The notes beneath the pieces are model-generated. The model ran no database searches, was not told the origin of the DNA, and saw only the letters and a program-made list of their open reading frames with translations. A program made the translations under genes and the position numbers. Shown here one piece after another: positions 24,419 to 33,191 of a DNA stretch of 39,411 nt (the first letter of the stretch is position 1; the number at the start of each line of letters is the position of its first letter). Origin of the DNA: Gemmataceae bacterium (lineage in GTDB: Bacteria > Planctomycetota > Planctomycetia > Gemmatales > Gemmataceae); contig DATKHW010000362.1 in NCBI GenBank assembly GCA_035546275.1, positions 1 to 39,411 of the forward strand. Reading direction: 5' to 3'.

Positions 24419-25522
24419 ATGTCCATCACTGTCAATGGACCGGTGCGGACCGCACCGCCGCGCCTCGCCATAGGCGGCGCGCTGGCGCGCTTCGCCCTAA
24501 TTGGCGTCATCCTCGCGGCCGTCCTGGGGATCTACGCCTATCTCGGCGGTTGGCTCACTCCGCATGAGCTGACGCCGTCGCGCTTCGTCGACGGCTTCGA
24601 GCAAGTGGCCGGCGTCCATCCTGGTTTCCGCCGCAACCATGCCAAGGGCCTCGGAGCTTCCGGGTTCTTTGACAGCAATGGAAACGGCGTACGTCTATCG
24701 AAGGCGGCCGTCTTTCGGCCGGGGCGCGTGCCCGTGATCGGCCGCTTCTCGCTGGGGGGCGGACAACCTGATGCGGCCGACGCGCCGAACGCCGTGCGCG
24801 GCCTGGGGCTGCAGTTTTCCCCGGCCGACGGCGAGCTGTGGCGAACCGCGATGATCAACCGGCCGGTATTCCCGGTCCGCACCCCCGAGGCGTTTTATGA
24901 GCAGTTGCTCGCGTCGAAACCGGACCCCAAAACGGGCAAGCCTGATCCGGCCGCCATGCCGGCGTTTCTCAAGCGCCATCCCGAATCCGTGGCGGCGAAC
25001 AAGGTCATCGAGGGCGAGCCGGTTTCCTCGGGGTTCGAGAACAGCAGGTTCTACGGCCTGAATGCGTTTCGCTTCACCAATGCGGCAGGCGAAACCATTC
25101 CGGTGCGCTGGCTGATGAGGCCGGAACTGCCGTTTGAGGCGGCCGCAGCTCCCGGAGACAAGAACTATCTCTTTGACGCGCTGATCACAGCGATGCACCG
25201 CGAACACGCATTGCGATGGCATCTTAGGGTCATCATCGGCCAGCCGGGCGACCCGACCAACGACGCCACCATCCCCTGGCCCGAGGAGCGCGAGCAGGTG
25301 GACGTGGGAACCCTGACCCTCGACCGGGTGGAGAGCGAGGAAACCAGCGCCGCGACCGACATTAACTTCGATCCCCTGGTTTTGCCCGACGGCATCGCGC
25401 CCTCGGACGACCCGCTGCTGAGCGCTCGCTCGGCGGTGTACTCCCAGTCGTACACCCGGCGGGCCGGCGAAACGAAGACGCCAAGCGCGATCACGCCGGC
25501 CGACGTGCGCAAAGGAGAATGA
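24419..25522 (+). CDS. catalase-related haem peroxidase, membrane-anchored
   Basis: GGGAG 5 nt before ATG 24419; the track extension from 24101 was rejected. TM helix FALIGVILAAVLGIYAYL. Distal-His motif FRRNHAKG. Proximal motif ARSAVY. Confidence 0.85.
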   Translation: MSITVNGPVRTAPPRLAIGGALARFALIGVILAAVLGIYAYLGGWLTPHELTPSRFVDGFEQVAGVHPGFRRNHAKGLGASGFFDSNGNGVRLSKAAVFRPGRVPVIGRFSLGGGQPDAADAPNAVRGLGLQFSPADGELWRTAMINRPVFPVRTPEAFYEQLLASKPDPKTGKPDPAAMPAFLKRHPESVAANKVIEGEPVSSGFENSRFYGLNAFRFTNAAGETIPVRWLMRPELPFEAAAAPGDKNYLFDALITAMHREHALRWHLRVIIGQPGDPTNDATIPWPEEREQVDVGTLTLDRVESEETSAATDINFDPLVLPDGIAPSDDPLLSARSAVYSQSYTRRAGETKTPSAITPADVRKGE

Positions 25523-26127
25523 CGATGTCAAACCAACGGACGCAATTCACCGTCTTGATGCGGGTGCTGCACTGGACGATGGCCGCGATGGTCCTGACCA
25601 TGCTCGGCCTCGGCGTCGCCATGGTCGCCTCGCTGGGCGACTACCACCTGCTCGTTTCGATCCACCGCCCGCTGGGCGTCGCCATCCTGGTCCTGGTCGT
25701 CGTCCGCTTCGTGGTCCGCCGCTTGAGCCCGCTTCCGCCTTTTCCGCCCACGATGTCGCGCCTGGAGCGCCTGGCGGCGGAGGCGTCCGAGTACACACTG
25801 TATGGCCTGATGACCGCGCTGCCGCTGGTCGGCTGGGGCATGTTGTCGGCGGCGCGCTACCCGATCGTCCTGTACGGGCCGCTGCAGCTGCCGTTCATCC
25901 TTCCGCAGAACCCCATGCTGTACGCCGTGCTGCGGAAGACGCATACCGTCCTCGCCTACCTGCTTTTCCTGACGTTCCTCGCCCATTTCTCAGCGATCCT
26001 ATTTCACACGCTGATCGTGCGGGACGGCATCCTGAAGCGAATGGCGCCCTGGAACATTCGGCCGCGCGAGGCCGCGGCGACCGACTCGGCCGCCGTCCAC
26101 AAACCCGATCCCATAATCGCCCAATAG
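25519..26127 (+). CDS. cytochrome b561 family protein
   Basis: ATGA overlap with the upstream stop. RVLHWTMAAMVL..HRPLGVAILVLVVVRF..H-containing 4-TM layout typical of CybB-like proteins. Confidence 0.88.
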   Translation: MTMSNQRTQFTVLMRVLHWTMAAMVLTMLGLGVAMVASLGDYHLLVSIHRPLGVAILVLVVVRFVVRRLSPLPPFPPTMSRLERLAAEASEYTLYGLMTALPLVGWGMLSAARYPIVLYGPLQLPFILPQNPMLYAVLRKTHTVLAYLLFLTFLAHFSAILFHTLIVRDGILKRMAPWNIRPREAAATDSAAVHKPDPIIAQ

Positions 26128-26130
26128 AAA

Positions 26131-26619
26131 ATGAACATGTTCAAGACGAAGAACGACCTGTCGGAAGCGACCCGCGTCAAGGCCGTCGAGCTGCTCAACG
26201 CCCGGCTGGCCGACTGCATCGACCTGCAGACTCAGACCAAGCAGGCCCACTGGAACGTGAAAGGCCCGCACTTCATCGCCCTGCACGAGCTGTTCGACAA
26301 AATCAACGAGGAGGTGGAGGACTACGTGGACCTGATCGCCGAGCGGGCAGTGCAGCTCGGCGGCGCAGCTCAGGGCACGGCCCGCATGGCGGCCAAAGCA
26401 AGCTCATTGCCCGAGTACCCGGCGACCGCGGTGGACGGCGGGAGCCACGTCGAGGCTCTTTCCTCAGCGCTGGCGGCGTTCGGCAAATCGGCCCGCAAGG
26501 CCATCGACCAATCCAACGAATTCAACGACCTGGACACGGCGGACATCTTCACCGAGATCTCGCGCGGCGTCGACAAGTGGCTGTGGTTCGTCGAGGCGCA
26601 CCTGCAGGCGGAGCGCTGA
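26131..26619 (+). CDS. dps: Dps (DNA protection during starvation) ferritin-like protein
   Basis: LNARLADCIDLQTQTKQAHWNVKGPHFIALHELFD..EDYVDLIAERAVQLGG are classic Dps ferroxidase-site motifs. Starts 4 nt after the cyt b561 stop. Confidence 0.93.
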   Translation: MNMFKTKNDLSEATRVKAVELLNARLADCIDLQTQTKQAHWNVKGPHFIALHELFDKINEEVEDYVDLIAERAVQLGGAAQGTARMAAKASSLPEYPATAVDGGSHVEALSSALAAFGKSARKAIDQSNEFNDLDTADIFTEISRGVDKWLWFVEAHLQAER

Positions 26620-26830
26620 GCGGGGCCGTTTGCATGGAGGGCCTTGCACCATGCCTTACGGGTACTGCCTGAGACGCCTGGTCCGCGGAAGCTACGCTTC
26701 CTCGCATTTCTGCGTCTGGAGAAAGGGGGCCGCCGGCCCCGGCGGACTCGGCATCCCGCGCTATCAGGCCCGCATGTCGTCCACTGAGCGGCCGGAATCC
26801 CCGCGGCTCAGGGCAAGGCTCCATGTGAGG

Positions 26831-27766
26831 TCATTGCGTCGCGGCGGCCCGTCGCCGCCGGCCGCTCAGCAGGTAAATATCCGACCGCACCGCCGTCAAC
26901 GGGTCGCCCGCCGAGTCGATCCCGTCCACCCTGGGATCCGGGTCGAAAATGATCTTCCGGCGTTCCGGGGCCAGCTCGTCCACGCGCTCCGTGACGGCCA
27001 CCGTGCCGAACTCCACCAGCGGCCGACTTTCCGGCCAGTGAGAAGTGGAGTCGGCGACCTGGTCGCCCGCCTCGGCCATTTGCACCAGCACGCGGAACCG
27101 CGCCGGCCCCCGGGCCAGGCGCTCCGACAGCTCGGCGGCGAGGAAGTCGGTCGTCTTCTTCGCCGCCTGCTCGGCCGTCAGGAACTCGGTCCCGGCTTCG
27201 GGGCGGATGCGGAACCGGCCGAATCGGCTCTGGTCGGCCGCGTTCGTGAACTTGAACGCGGTGACGGCGAAGTACGCCTGCCGGGCGTAGCTCGTCGGGA
27301 TCGGTTTCGGGGTCTCGACGAAGGCCTTCGCCGCCGGGTGAGCGGCCAGGAACGCCGCAATGGGCGGCGGGGTGGGGGCGCCCGGTCCACTCGCGGCCGC
27401 GGCCCGAAGGAATTCCAGGAACTCCTCCCCGGTCCGGGTCGGGAACCCGTTGTGCGAATGGGCGATGATGTCCGTGTGGACGTGGTCGGCCAGGTGGAAC
27501 CGGACCGCCATCGCCTGCGGGCTGGATCCCATCGGGTCGTTGTCGGCGACGGTGGGAACTCCCGCCGTCAGCGAGAAGCGCACGGTGACGGGGGTGGACG
27601 GCCGGGCGGCGTGCGGCACCCGGGTCAGTTTCGCCGCCTCGGCTGAGGGGGTGAACACGCCGGAAACCATCAGGCCCCGGGCGTGAACCGGCCGGAAGCC
27701 GGGGTGTATCCCGCCGGACAGTTTATCGAGGACGGCGAGCAGATCGACGACGAGTGCGGACGGCAT
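26831..27766 (-). CDS. catalase-related haem protein (soluble paralogue)
   Basis: FRPVHARG distal-His motif, AVRSDIY proximal motif. 311 aa. Confidence 0.85.
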   Translation of the reverse strand: MPSALVVDLLAVLDKLSGGIHPGFRPVHARGLMVSGVFTPSAEAAKLTRVPHAARPSTPVTVRFSLTAGVPTVADNDPMGSSPQAMAVRFHLADHVHTDIIAHSHNGFPTRTGEEFLEFLRAAAASGPGAPTPPPIAAFLAAHPAAKAFVETPKPIPTSYARQAYFAVTAFKFTNAADQSRFGRFRIRPEAGTEFLTAEQAAKKTTDFLAAELSERLARGPARFRVLVQMAEAGDQVADSTSHWPESRPLVEFGTVAVTERVDELAPERRKIIFDPDPRVDGIDSAGDPLTAVRSDIYLLSGRRRRAAATQ

Positions 27767-27837
27767 GTCGTGAGTCTCCGAGTAGTGGTCGAGTTAGTCC
27801 GTGTGGATGACGCTGACCTCTGGGACGCCGATCCGCC

Positions 27838-29229
27838 TCAGCGGACGGCATCGAACAAACTGTTGAGTCCCTCGGCCATCGTCGGGTGCGCGAGGATGGC
27901 GTCCCGCAAGAGCGTGCAGGGCAGCCCGCCGAGCATCGCCGTATGCACCACGGACATGACCTCCCCGGCCTCGGGGCCGATCATTGTGAAGCCGAGAATG
28001 CGGTCGCCGGCCGCCTCGACCAGGGTTTTCATGAAGCCGGCCGTCTCGCCGGTGCTCCGGGCCCGCAATACGGCGTTCATCGGCAGCTTGGCGACGCGCA
28101 CCGCAATCCCCTGTTGCCGGGCTTCTCGTTCGCTCATACCGACCCGCGCCAGCGGCGGATCGGTGTACAGGCAGTAGGGAATGAGGCGGTTGCGCGTGCT
28201 GTGCTTCCCCCCGGCCAGGTTGCCCCGGATGACCCGGAAGTCGTCCTCGGACGCGTGCGTGAACTGAGGGCTGCCGGCGCACTCGCCGATCGCCCAGACG
28301 TTGGGCGCGCTCGTTTCCAGCCGGTCGTTGACCTTGATGTAGCCTCGTGCGTCCAGCTCCACGCCGGCCGCGTCCAGCCCGATCCCGACCGTGTTGGGGG
28401 TCCGGCCCGTCGCGGCCAGGATGTCGCTGCCGGCGATGGTCTGTTCCCCTGCCGCCGTCCGCACGCGCAGACGGACGCCCTCTCCGGACCGTCCGTCCAC
28501 CTGAAGCACCTCCGCCCCAAAAAGGAATTCGATTTCTTCGGCGCTGAGAATGCGCCGGATTTCCTCCGTGACGTCCGGGTCCTCGCGGCTGAGCAGCTGC
28601 GGCCCGTGCTCGATCACGGTGACGCGGCTGCCGAAGCGACGGTACGCCTGGGCGAACTCGAGGCCGACGTACCCGCCGCCGAGGACGATGAGGTGTTCGG
28701 GCACGTGGTCGATTTCGAGCAACTCGATGTTCGTGATCGGCCGGGCCTCGGCCAGGCCGGGGATCGGGGGGATCGTGGCGCGGGTCCCAACGTTGACGAA
28801 AACGCGGTCCCCCGTCAGCACGCGCGTCCCGCCGTCGTTCAGGCGCACTTCCAGCGTCTTCGGCGCGACGAAACCCGCTGAACCCATGATCAGCTCGGCG
28901 CCGCTCTTGTGGTACAGGTCCAGGTGCAGGGCGACCAGGCCGTCCACCATTTCGCGCTTGCGCTGCCGCACGCGCACCATGTCGATCGCCGATGCGCCGG
29001 TCACCAGGCCGAACTTCGCCGCGTGGTGAACCAGATCGGCGACTTTCGCGCTCCAGATCTCGTTCTTGCTGGGGAGGCAGTTGATGTTGGGGCAGGACCC
29101 ACCGATGTAGCGTCGCTCGACGACCGCGACGCGGCGCCCGGAGCGCGCCAGATGCCAGGACAGCAACTTGCCGCCCGCCCCGCTGCCCAGCACGACGTCC
29201 TGGTACGATTCTGGCTGAGACATGCTCAT
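27838..29229 (-). CDS. FAD-dependent pyridine nucleotide-disulfide oxidoreductase (class I, CxxxxC)
   Basis: GSGAGG dinucleotide fold, redox-active GGSCPNINCLPSK, second Rossmann GGGYVGLEFA, C-terminal dimerisation region HPTMAEG. The second ATG at 29223 has better AAGGAG spacing. Confidence 0.9.
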   Translation of the reverse strand: MSMSQPESYQDVVLGSGAGGKLLSWHLARSGRRVAVVERRYIGGSCPNINCLPSKNEIWSAKVADLVHHAAKFGLVTGASAIDMVRVRQRKREMVDGLVALHLDLYHKSGAELIMGSAGFVAPKTLEVRLNDGGTRVLTGDRVFVNVGTRATIPPIPGLAEARPITNIELLEIDHVPEHLIVLGGGYVGLEFAQAYRRFGSRVTVIEHGPQLLSREDPDVTEEIRRILSAEEIEFLFGAEVLQVDGRSGEGVRLRVRTAAGEQTIAGSDILAATGRTPNTVGIGLDAAGVELDARGYIKVNDRLETSAPNVWAIGECAGSPQFTHASEDDFRVIRGNLAGGKHSTRNRLIPYCLYTDPPLARVGMSEREARQQGIAVRVAKLPMNAVLRARSTGETAGFMKTLVEAAGDRILGFTMIGPEAGEVMSVVHTAMLGGLPCTLLRDAILAHPTMAEGLNSLFDAVR

Positions 29230-29317
29230 CTCCTTGTGGGAACCTGACGAATCCGAATCGCTGATATGGTTGCGTTAGCGCCCGCCGGCCTGGGCCGGCG
29301 CGCCCCGCGTCCGTCGC

Positions 29318-30073
29318 CTACAAGCGCAACCCGCCTGAGATGTAAAGCGTTTCCCCCGTGGTCCAGGCGGATTCGGAAGACGCCAGGAACACCACGGCCG
29401 GCGCGACGTCCTGTGGCTGGCCGATCCGGCCGAGCGGAGTTTGCGCGACAGCCTGCTTTTCAAAATCACTGCCGGGGATGCCGGCGGCATGCAGCCCCTC
29501 CGTTTCGATCACCCCGGGGGCGACGGCGTTGACGCGGATCTTGCGCGGCCCTAGCTCCTGGGCCAGCGATCGCGTGATCGCATTCACGGCCGCCTTGGTG
29601 GCGCTGTACACGGAGGTGTTCGGCGGGGCTGACGCGGCGGCCACCGAGCTGATGTTGACGATGCTGCCGCCGGCGGGGCCGAATTGCTTGACCGCCTCCT
29701 GCGTCGCCAGCAGCAGCCCCAGCACGTTGAGGTTGAAATGCTTGTGAAAGTGTTCGGCGCTGACGGCCTCCAGGGGCGCAAACTCGTAGACGCCGGCGTT
29801 GTTCACCAGGATGTCGAGCCTCCCGAACGCCTTCTTCGTCTCGGCAAAGAGACGGCGAACGTCCTCGAGTTTGGACACGTCGGCCTGCACGGCGACAGCT
29901 TTTCCGCCCGCTTGCCGGATGCGATTGACGACCGCCTCCGCGCCGGTCTTGCTGCTGGCGTAGTTGACCACGACCGCCGCGCCGGCCGCCGCCAGATGCT
30001 CGGCGATCCCGGCGCCGATTCCTTTCGACGCCCCCGTGACGACGGCGACCTGCCCTTCCAGTTTGTTCGGCAT
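29318..30073 (-). CDS. short-chain dehydrogenase/reductase (FabG-like)
   Basis: VAVVTGASKGIG, NNAG, S..YSATKAAV catalytic motif. AAGGAG 7 nt before ATG 30073. Confidence 0.92.
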   Translation of the reverse strand: MPNKLEGQVAVVTGASKGIGAGIAEHLAAAGAAVVVNYASSKTGAEAVVNRIRQAGGKAVAVQADVSKLEDVRRLFAETKKAFGRLDILVNNAGVYEFAPLEAVSAEHFHKHFNLNVLGLLLATQEAVKQFGPAGGSIVNISSVAAASAPPNTSVYSATKAAVNAITRSLAQELGPRKIRVNAVAPGVIETEGLHAAGIPGSDFEKQAVAQTPLGRIGQPQDVAPAVVFLASSESAWTTGETLYISGGLRL

Positions 30074-30255
30074 CACAGAACTCCTTGGTCTTTGTTAGGG
30101 TCGTTCGGGACTGACCCGGCCGTCGCTCCTCAGCCTCGAAGGCGCGCGAGCCAGGTCCTCATCGCTGATGGTTCTAGGCGCACGAATCGCTCTCCGCTTC
30201 CAGGACCGGGTCTTGCCAGCCGTCCGGAGGGGCGAGACTCAGGCCTGCCTCGCGC

Positions 30256-30486
30256 GGCCTCCATCGTGATCTGGACGCTCTCGACATATTAGCGGTTCCA
30301 GATCGGCTCCAGGATGGCGTTGGCGAAGCGGAACTGCAACAAATTCTGCACCGGATCTTTGCCGAGGCGACGGTCGATGCGGAAGATCGACGTCTCGTCG
30401 AAGTCGCCCAGCAAGATGCGGTTGAGGGCTTGCGCCGAGGCGAGGTCTCTACCGAAGGGCTTTTCGATGATGACGCGGCCGCCGTT
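30256..30486 (-). pseudogene. zwf: glucose-6-phosphate dehydrogenase relic (central fragment only, in-frame TAA, catalytic His lost)
   Basis: [66 protein letters not shown] matches the Zwf core (EKPFG, RIDHYLGKE, LRFAN, WNR..VQIT). N- and C-terminal parts are absent. RIDHY has become RIDRR. Confidence 0.75.
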
Positions 30487-30545
30487 GCGCGGGCACACGC
30501 AGCGGGACGAGATTGACAAGCCGACGCACAGCGTCGGCCTGCCGT

Positions 30546-31049
30546 TCAAGCCTTGTGCGCCGGATCGGTCTCCGCTTTGGCGGCCGCCGGCGCCGGGCGA
30601 GGCGCGGCCGCGTGGGCCGGCGCCTTGACGAGCAGGACCGGGCAGTGGGCCTGCCGGACCACGTCCTCGGTCACGCTGCCGGTCAGCAGGTGGCTCAACC
30701 GCGTGTGCCCGTGCGTCCCCATCACGATCAGGTCGCAGCCGGACTTCTCCAGCATCTCCAGAATGTGCGCGACCTTCGGCCGTTCGGCCACGATCGCCTT
30801 GTGCTCTACCTTCACGGCCGGGTCGACCGCTGGGAGGCTCTTGAAGCGGCCCCACACGTCGGTCAGGTTCCCGCCGCTCGACGCGGTCAGGAGGGCGCCG
30901 CCCTCCGCCGCCACGGCCGGCGCGTGGGACACATGGAAGATGACGATTTCGGCCCCGGTCGCTTTCGCGAGCACCTGCGCGACCCGGAACGCCTCGTCGG
31001 CGGGGGGGGAGAAGTCGGTGGGGACCAGGATTTTGCGGATCGCGTTCAC
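30546..31049 (-). CDS. universal stress protein (UspA family)
   Basis: GAAGGAGG 5 nt before GTG 31049. [52 protein letters not shown]. Confidence 0.88.
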   Translation of the reverse strand: MNAIRKILVPTDFSPPADEAFRVAQVLAKATGAEIVIFHVSHAPAVAAEGGALLTASSGGNLTDVWGRFKSLPAVDPAVKVEHKAIVAERPKVAHILEMLEKSGCDLIVMGTHGHTRLSHLLTGSVTEDVVRQAHCPVLLVKAPAHAAAPRPAPAAAKAETDPAHKA

Positions 31050-31080
31050 ATCAGCCTCCTTCGGGAATGGATAGGACGAC

Positions 31081-31506
31081 TCACGCTGCCGGAGCGGCCT
31101 GCCCTTCGATTTCACGAACAGAGGACAGCTTCCAGGCGACGTACCGGGTCACGAGATCGACCGTGAAGAGGTCGGGGATGGCGCCCAGCCGCCGGTCCTT
31201 TTCCAGGGCGGCAAGGTCGGCGTAGGGCATGCGCCGGCGCAGCTCGGTCATGCCCTTGTCCGTCACCCGGCCGTCGCTGACGAACTCCGGGTCGCCTTGG
31301 AATACCGATTCGGGGAACAATTCGCCGCGCGGGATCGTGAGGCCGAACTCGCGCTCCAGGCGGAACACAATGTCCAGGAAGTCGATGGACTCGGCGCCCA
31401 GGTCGTTCTGCAGGCTGGCTGACGGCGCGACCTCGTCCTCGTCCACGTTGAGCGACTCCGTCAACACTTGGGTCACTCTTGCAAACGTCGTTTCATATAC
31501 GGGCAT
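31081..31506 (-). CDS. acyl-carrier-protein-like protein with an internal insertion of about 45 aa
   Basis: GGAGG 6 nt before ATG 31506. Phosphopantetheine-site-like LQNDLGAESIDFLDIVFRLEREFG. ACP helix 4-like LFTVDLVTRYVAWKL is displaced by an insertion. 141 aa. Confidence 0.65.
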   Translation of the reverse strand: MPVYETTFARVTQVLTESLNVDEDEVAPSASLQNDLGAESIDFLDIVFRLEREFGLTIPRGELFPESVFQGDPEFVSDGRVTDKGMTELRRRMPYADLAALEKDRRLGAIPDLFTVDLVTRYVAWKLSSVREIEGQAAPAA

Positions 31507-31578
31507 GGCTCGCCTCCAGGTGAAACTCGCGCCTATCCGGCTGTCGCGTCGGCGGACCAATGGCGCCGTAGTGCGGAA

Positions 31579-31595
31579 AGCAACCGCCATGCCAA
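31579..31595 (-). promoter_or_regulatory. candidate sigma54 promoter (TGGCAT-N5-TTGCT)
   Basis: Minus strand reads TTGGCATGGCGGTTGCTTT with exact spacing. About 75-90 nt upstream of ATG 31506. Confidence 0.55.
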
Positions 31596-31838
31596 GGACG
31601 TCCGGTCGCCGTACGCGGTGGGAATTGAGCGCCGGCGCGGACCCGGCCATGCGTGGAGTGGCAGCCTTCTTTCCCGGTAGGTGCAACATCTACCAGCGCG
31701 GCGGGGCGAAAGATCGACAGCCGAGATGACCATTCTCATGGCACTTGCACCAGCTGCCCCCCACTCCGCCGTTCCAAACGCCTTCACCTCGCAGATTTTA
31801 TCTCCTTCCCGTGGTGCAGACGAACACATTAGCAGACC

Positions 31839-31854
31839 CGGCATGACCGTTGCT
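31839..31854 (+). promoter_or_regulatory. candidate sigma54 promoter (CGGCAT-N5-TTGCT)
   Basis: CGGCATGACCGTTGCTC with exact spacing. About 80 nt upstream of ATG 31933. Confidence 0.5.
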
Positions 31855-31932
31855 CCGCATGCACGCCGCAATGGTGGGACTTGCGGGTGAAGAACTCGCA
31901 TGTCGGCCCGGATCCACTTGAAGGAGAAAGCC

Positions 31933-32436
31933 ATGAAACTGCACTTCTGGGCGGCCGTGGTTGGCGTCCTGGCGATGGGCGGCGCCGCCGCGCGGGGCGA
32001 CGATGGACCGGTCACGGACGCCGATTACCTGGCGGGGGCCATCACCCACGCCGCAGCCGAGGGCCGGGCCGGCAAGCTGGCCCTGAAGCGGGCGAAGTCG
32101 GAAGAGCTTCGGCAGTTCGCCCGCAAGGCCCTCGAAGAGCAGGCGACATTCGACCCGGACCTGCAAGCCCTCGCCGTGGATCACAAGCTGGCGGTGCTGT
32201 CCAGCCAGGCGGACGGCTGGCAGCTGTCGGAATCCGTGCTGGGCGACCTGTCCGGCGAACAATTCGACCGCGAGGCTTTGAAGCTCTTCATCCGCGACCT
32301 GGAACAGTGGATCGACCTGTCGCAGCACAGCGCGAGCCGCGACGACGCGGCAGAGAGCCAGCTGGCGGCCAAGATGTTGCCGACCCTGCGGGAGCGGCTC
32401 CGGGAAGCCAAGCGGCTGCGGAAAGCTCTGCCATAG
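31933..32436 (+). CDS. secreted DUF4142-like protein
   Basis: AAGGAG before ATG 31933. Signal peptide MKLHFWAAVVGVLAMGGAAA. Two helical half-repeats with ..LRQFARKALEE.. and ..GEQFDREALKLFIRDLEQ.. resemble DUF4142. The family call is from memory. Confidence 0.65.
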   Translation: MKLHFWAAVVGVLAMGGAAARGDDGPVTDADYLAGAITHAAAEGRAGKLALKRAKSEELRQFARKALEEQATFDPDLQALAVDHKLAVLSSQADGWQLSESVLGDLSGEQFDREALKLFIRDLEQWIDLSQHSASRDDAAESQLAAKMLPTLRERLREAKRLRKALP

Positions 32437-32470
32437 GAAGAGGCGGAAAGGCGATGAAAAGCCCAGCGGT

Positions 32471-32971
32471 TTATGCCTCCTGGGGAACCTGCTCGATCAT
32501 CCACCAGAAGAAGTCCGTGATTGGTAGTTCGATCCCGAACCGTTTGAGCTTGGACGCGACCTGACCGCGGTGGTAGCTGGAGTGATTGACAATGTGGCGC
32601 AGTATCGCCCACCGCGGCAGGGTGAAACTGCGGCCGATCGCGCGCACCGTCAGCAAGGTGTTGAGCCGGTCCGGCGTGAGCGTGAGACGCAGCTCCTCGA
32701 AGCGGCGGTAGTTACGTTCCAGCAACTGGCCCACGTCGTCCACCGTGGCCAGATCGGCTTCGGTCGGGATGTGGTCGTCCGGATCGCTGACTAGCGTGCG
32801 CAGGTTCAACGCGGTCGCCTGGGCGATGTGGGAGATGGTCGAGCGCACCGACGACCAGCCAGGAACAGGCTCCGCGACATACTGTTCGGGAGTCAGCTTG
32901 CGGCAGGCATCGAGGACCTTCGCACTGGCCCAGCGATCGTACGCGAACAACGCCACGACATCGTCTTGCAT
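32471..32971 (-). CDS. DinB-family (DUF664-like) four-helix metalloprotein
   Basis: GGAGAG before ATG 32971. YDRWASAKVLDACRKLTPEQY..ISHIAQA..HIVNHSSYHRGQV His-triad pattern. Confidence 0.88.
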   Translation of the reverse strand: MQDDVVALFAYDRWASAKVLDACRKLTPEQYVAEPVPGWSSVRSTISHIAQATALNLRTLVSDPDDHIPTEADLATVDDVGQLLERNYRRFEELRLTLTPDRLNTLLTVRAIGRSFTLPRWAILRHIVNHSSYHRGQVASKLKRFGIELPITDFFWWMIEQVPQEA

Positions 32972-33052
32972 GAGGATCTCTCCTGGGCCGGGACAGGGGC
33001 ATTTTAGGTATTGCGGGGCAGACAACCCAGGTGTCAATTCTGGATGAGTTCC

Positions 33053-33068
33053 TGCAACTCGTCCGCCG
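33053..33068 (-). promoter_or_regulatory. weak candidate sigma54 promoter (CGGCGG-N5-TTGCA)
   Basis: Perfect -12 TTGCA and correct spacing, but two -24 mismatches. About 70-80 nt upstream of the DinB ATG. Confidence 0.25.
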
Positions 33069-33191
33069 TTAAATCGCGGTTGCAGATCACCAACTCGTCC
33101 ATGAGTTCCTCGAAGTGCGGATTGCCCGGGCCGGGCCGCTTGGCAATCCAGCAGCAGCAGCGCTCCAACAGCGTCATATGGGAGAGCTTGC

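Noticed and set aside
30289-30855. 188-aa ORF as a single real gene
   Set aside because: Only its last 62 codons resemble Zwf. The upstream two-thirds overlaps the well-supported USP gene in another frame and is Arg/Gly/Pro-rich.
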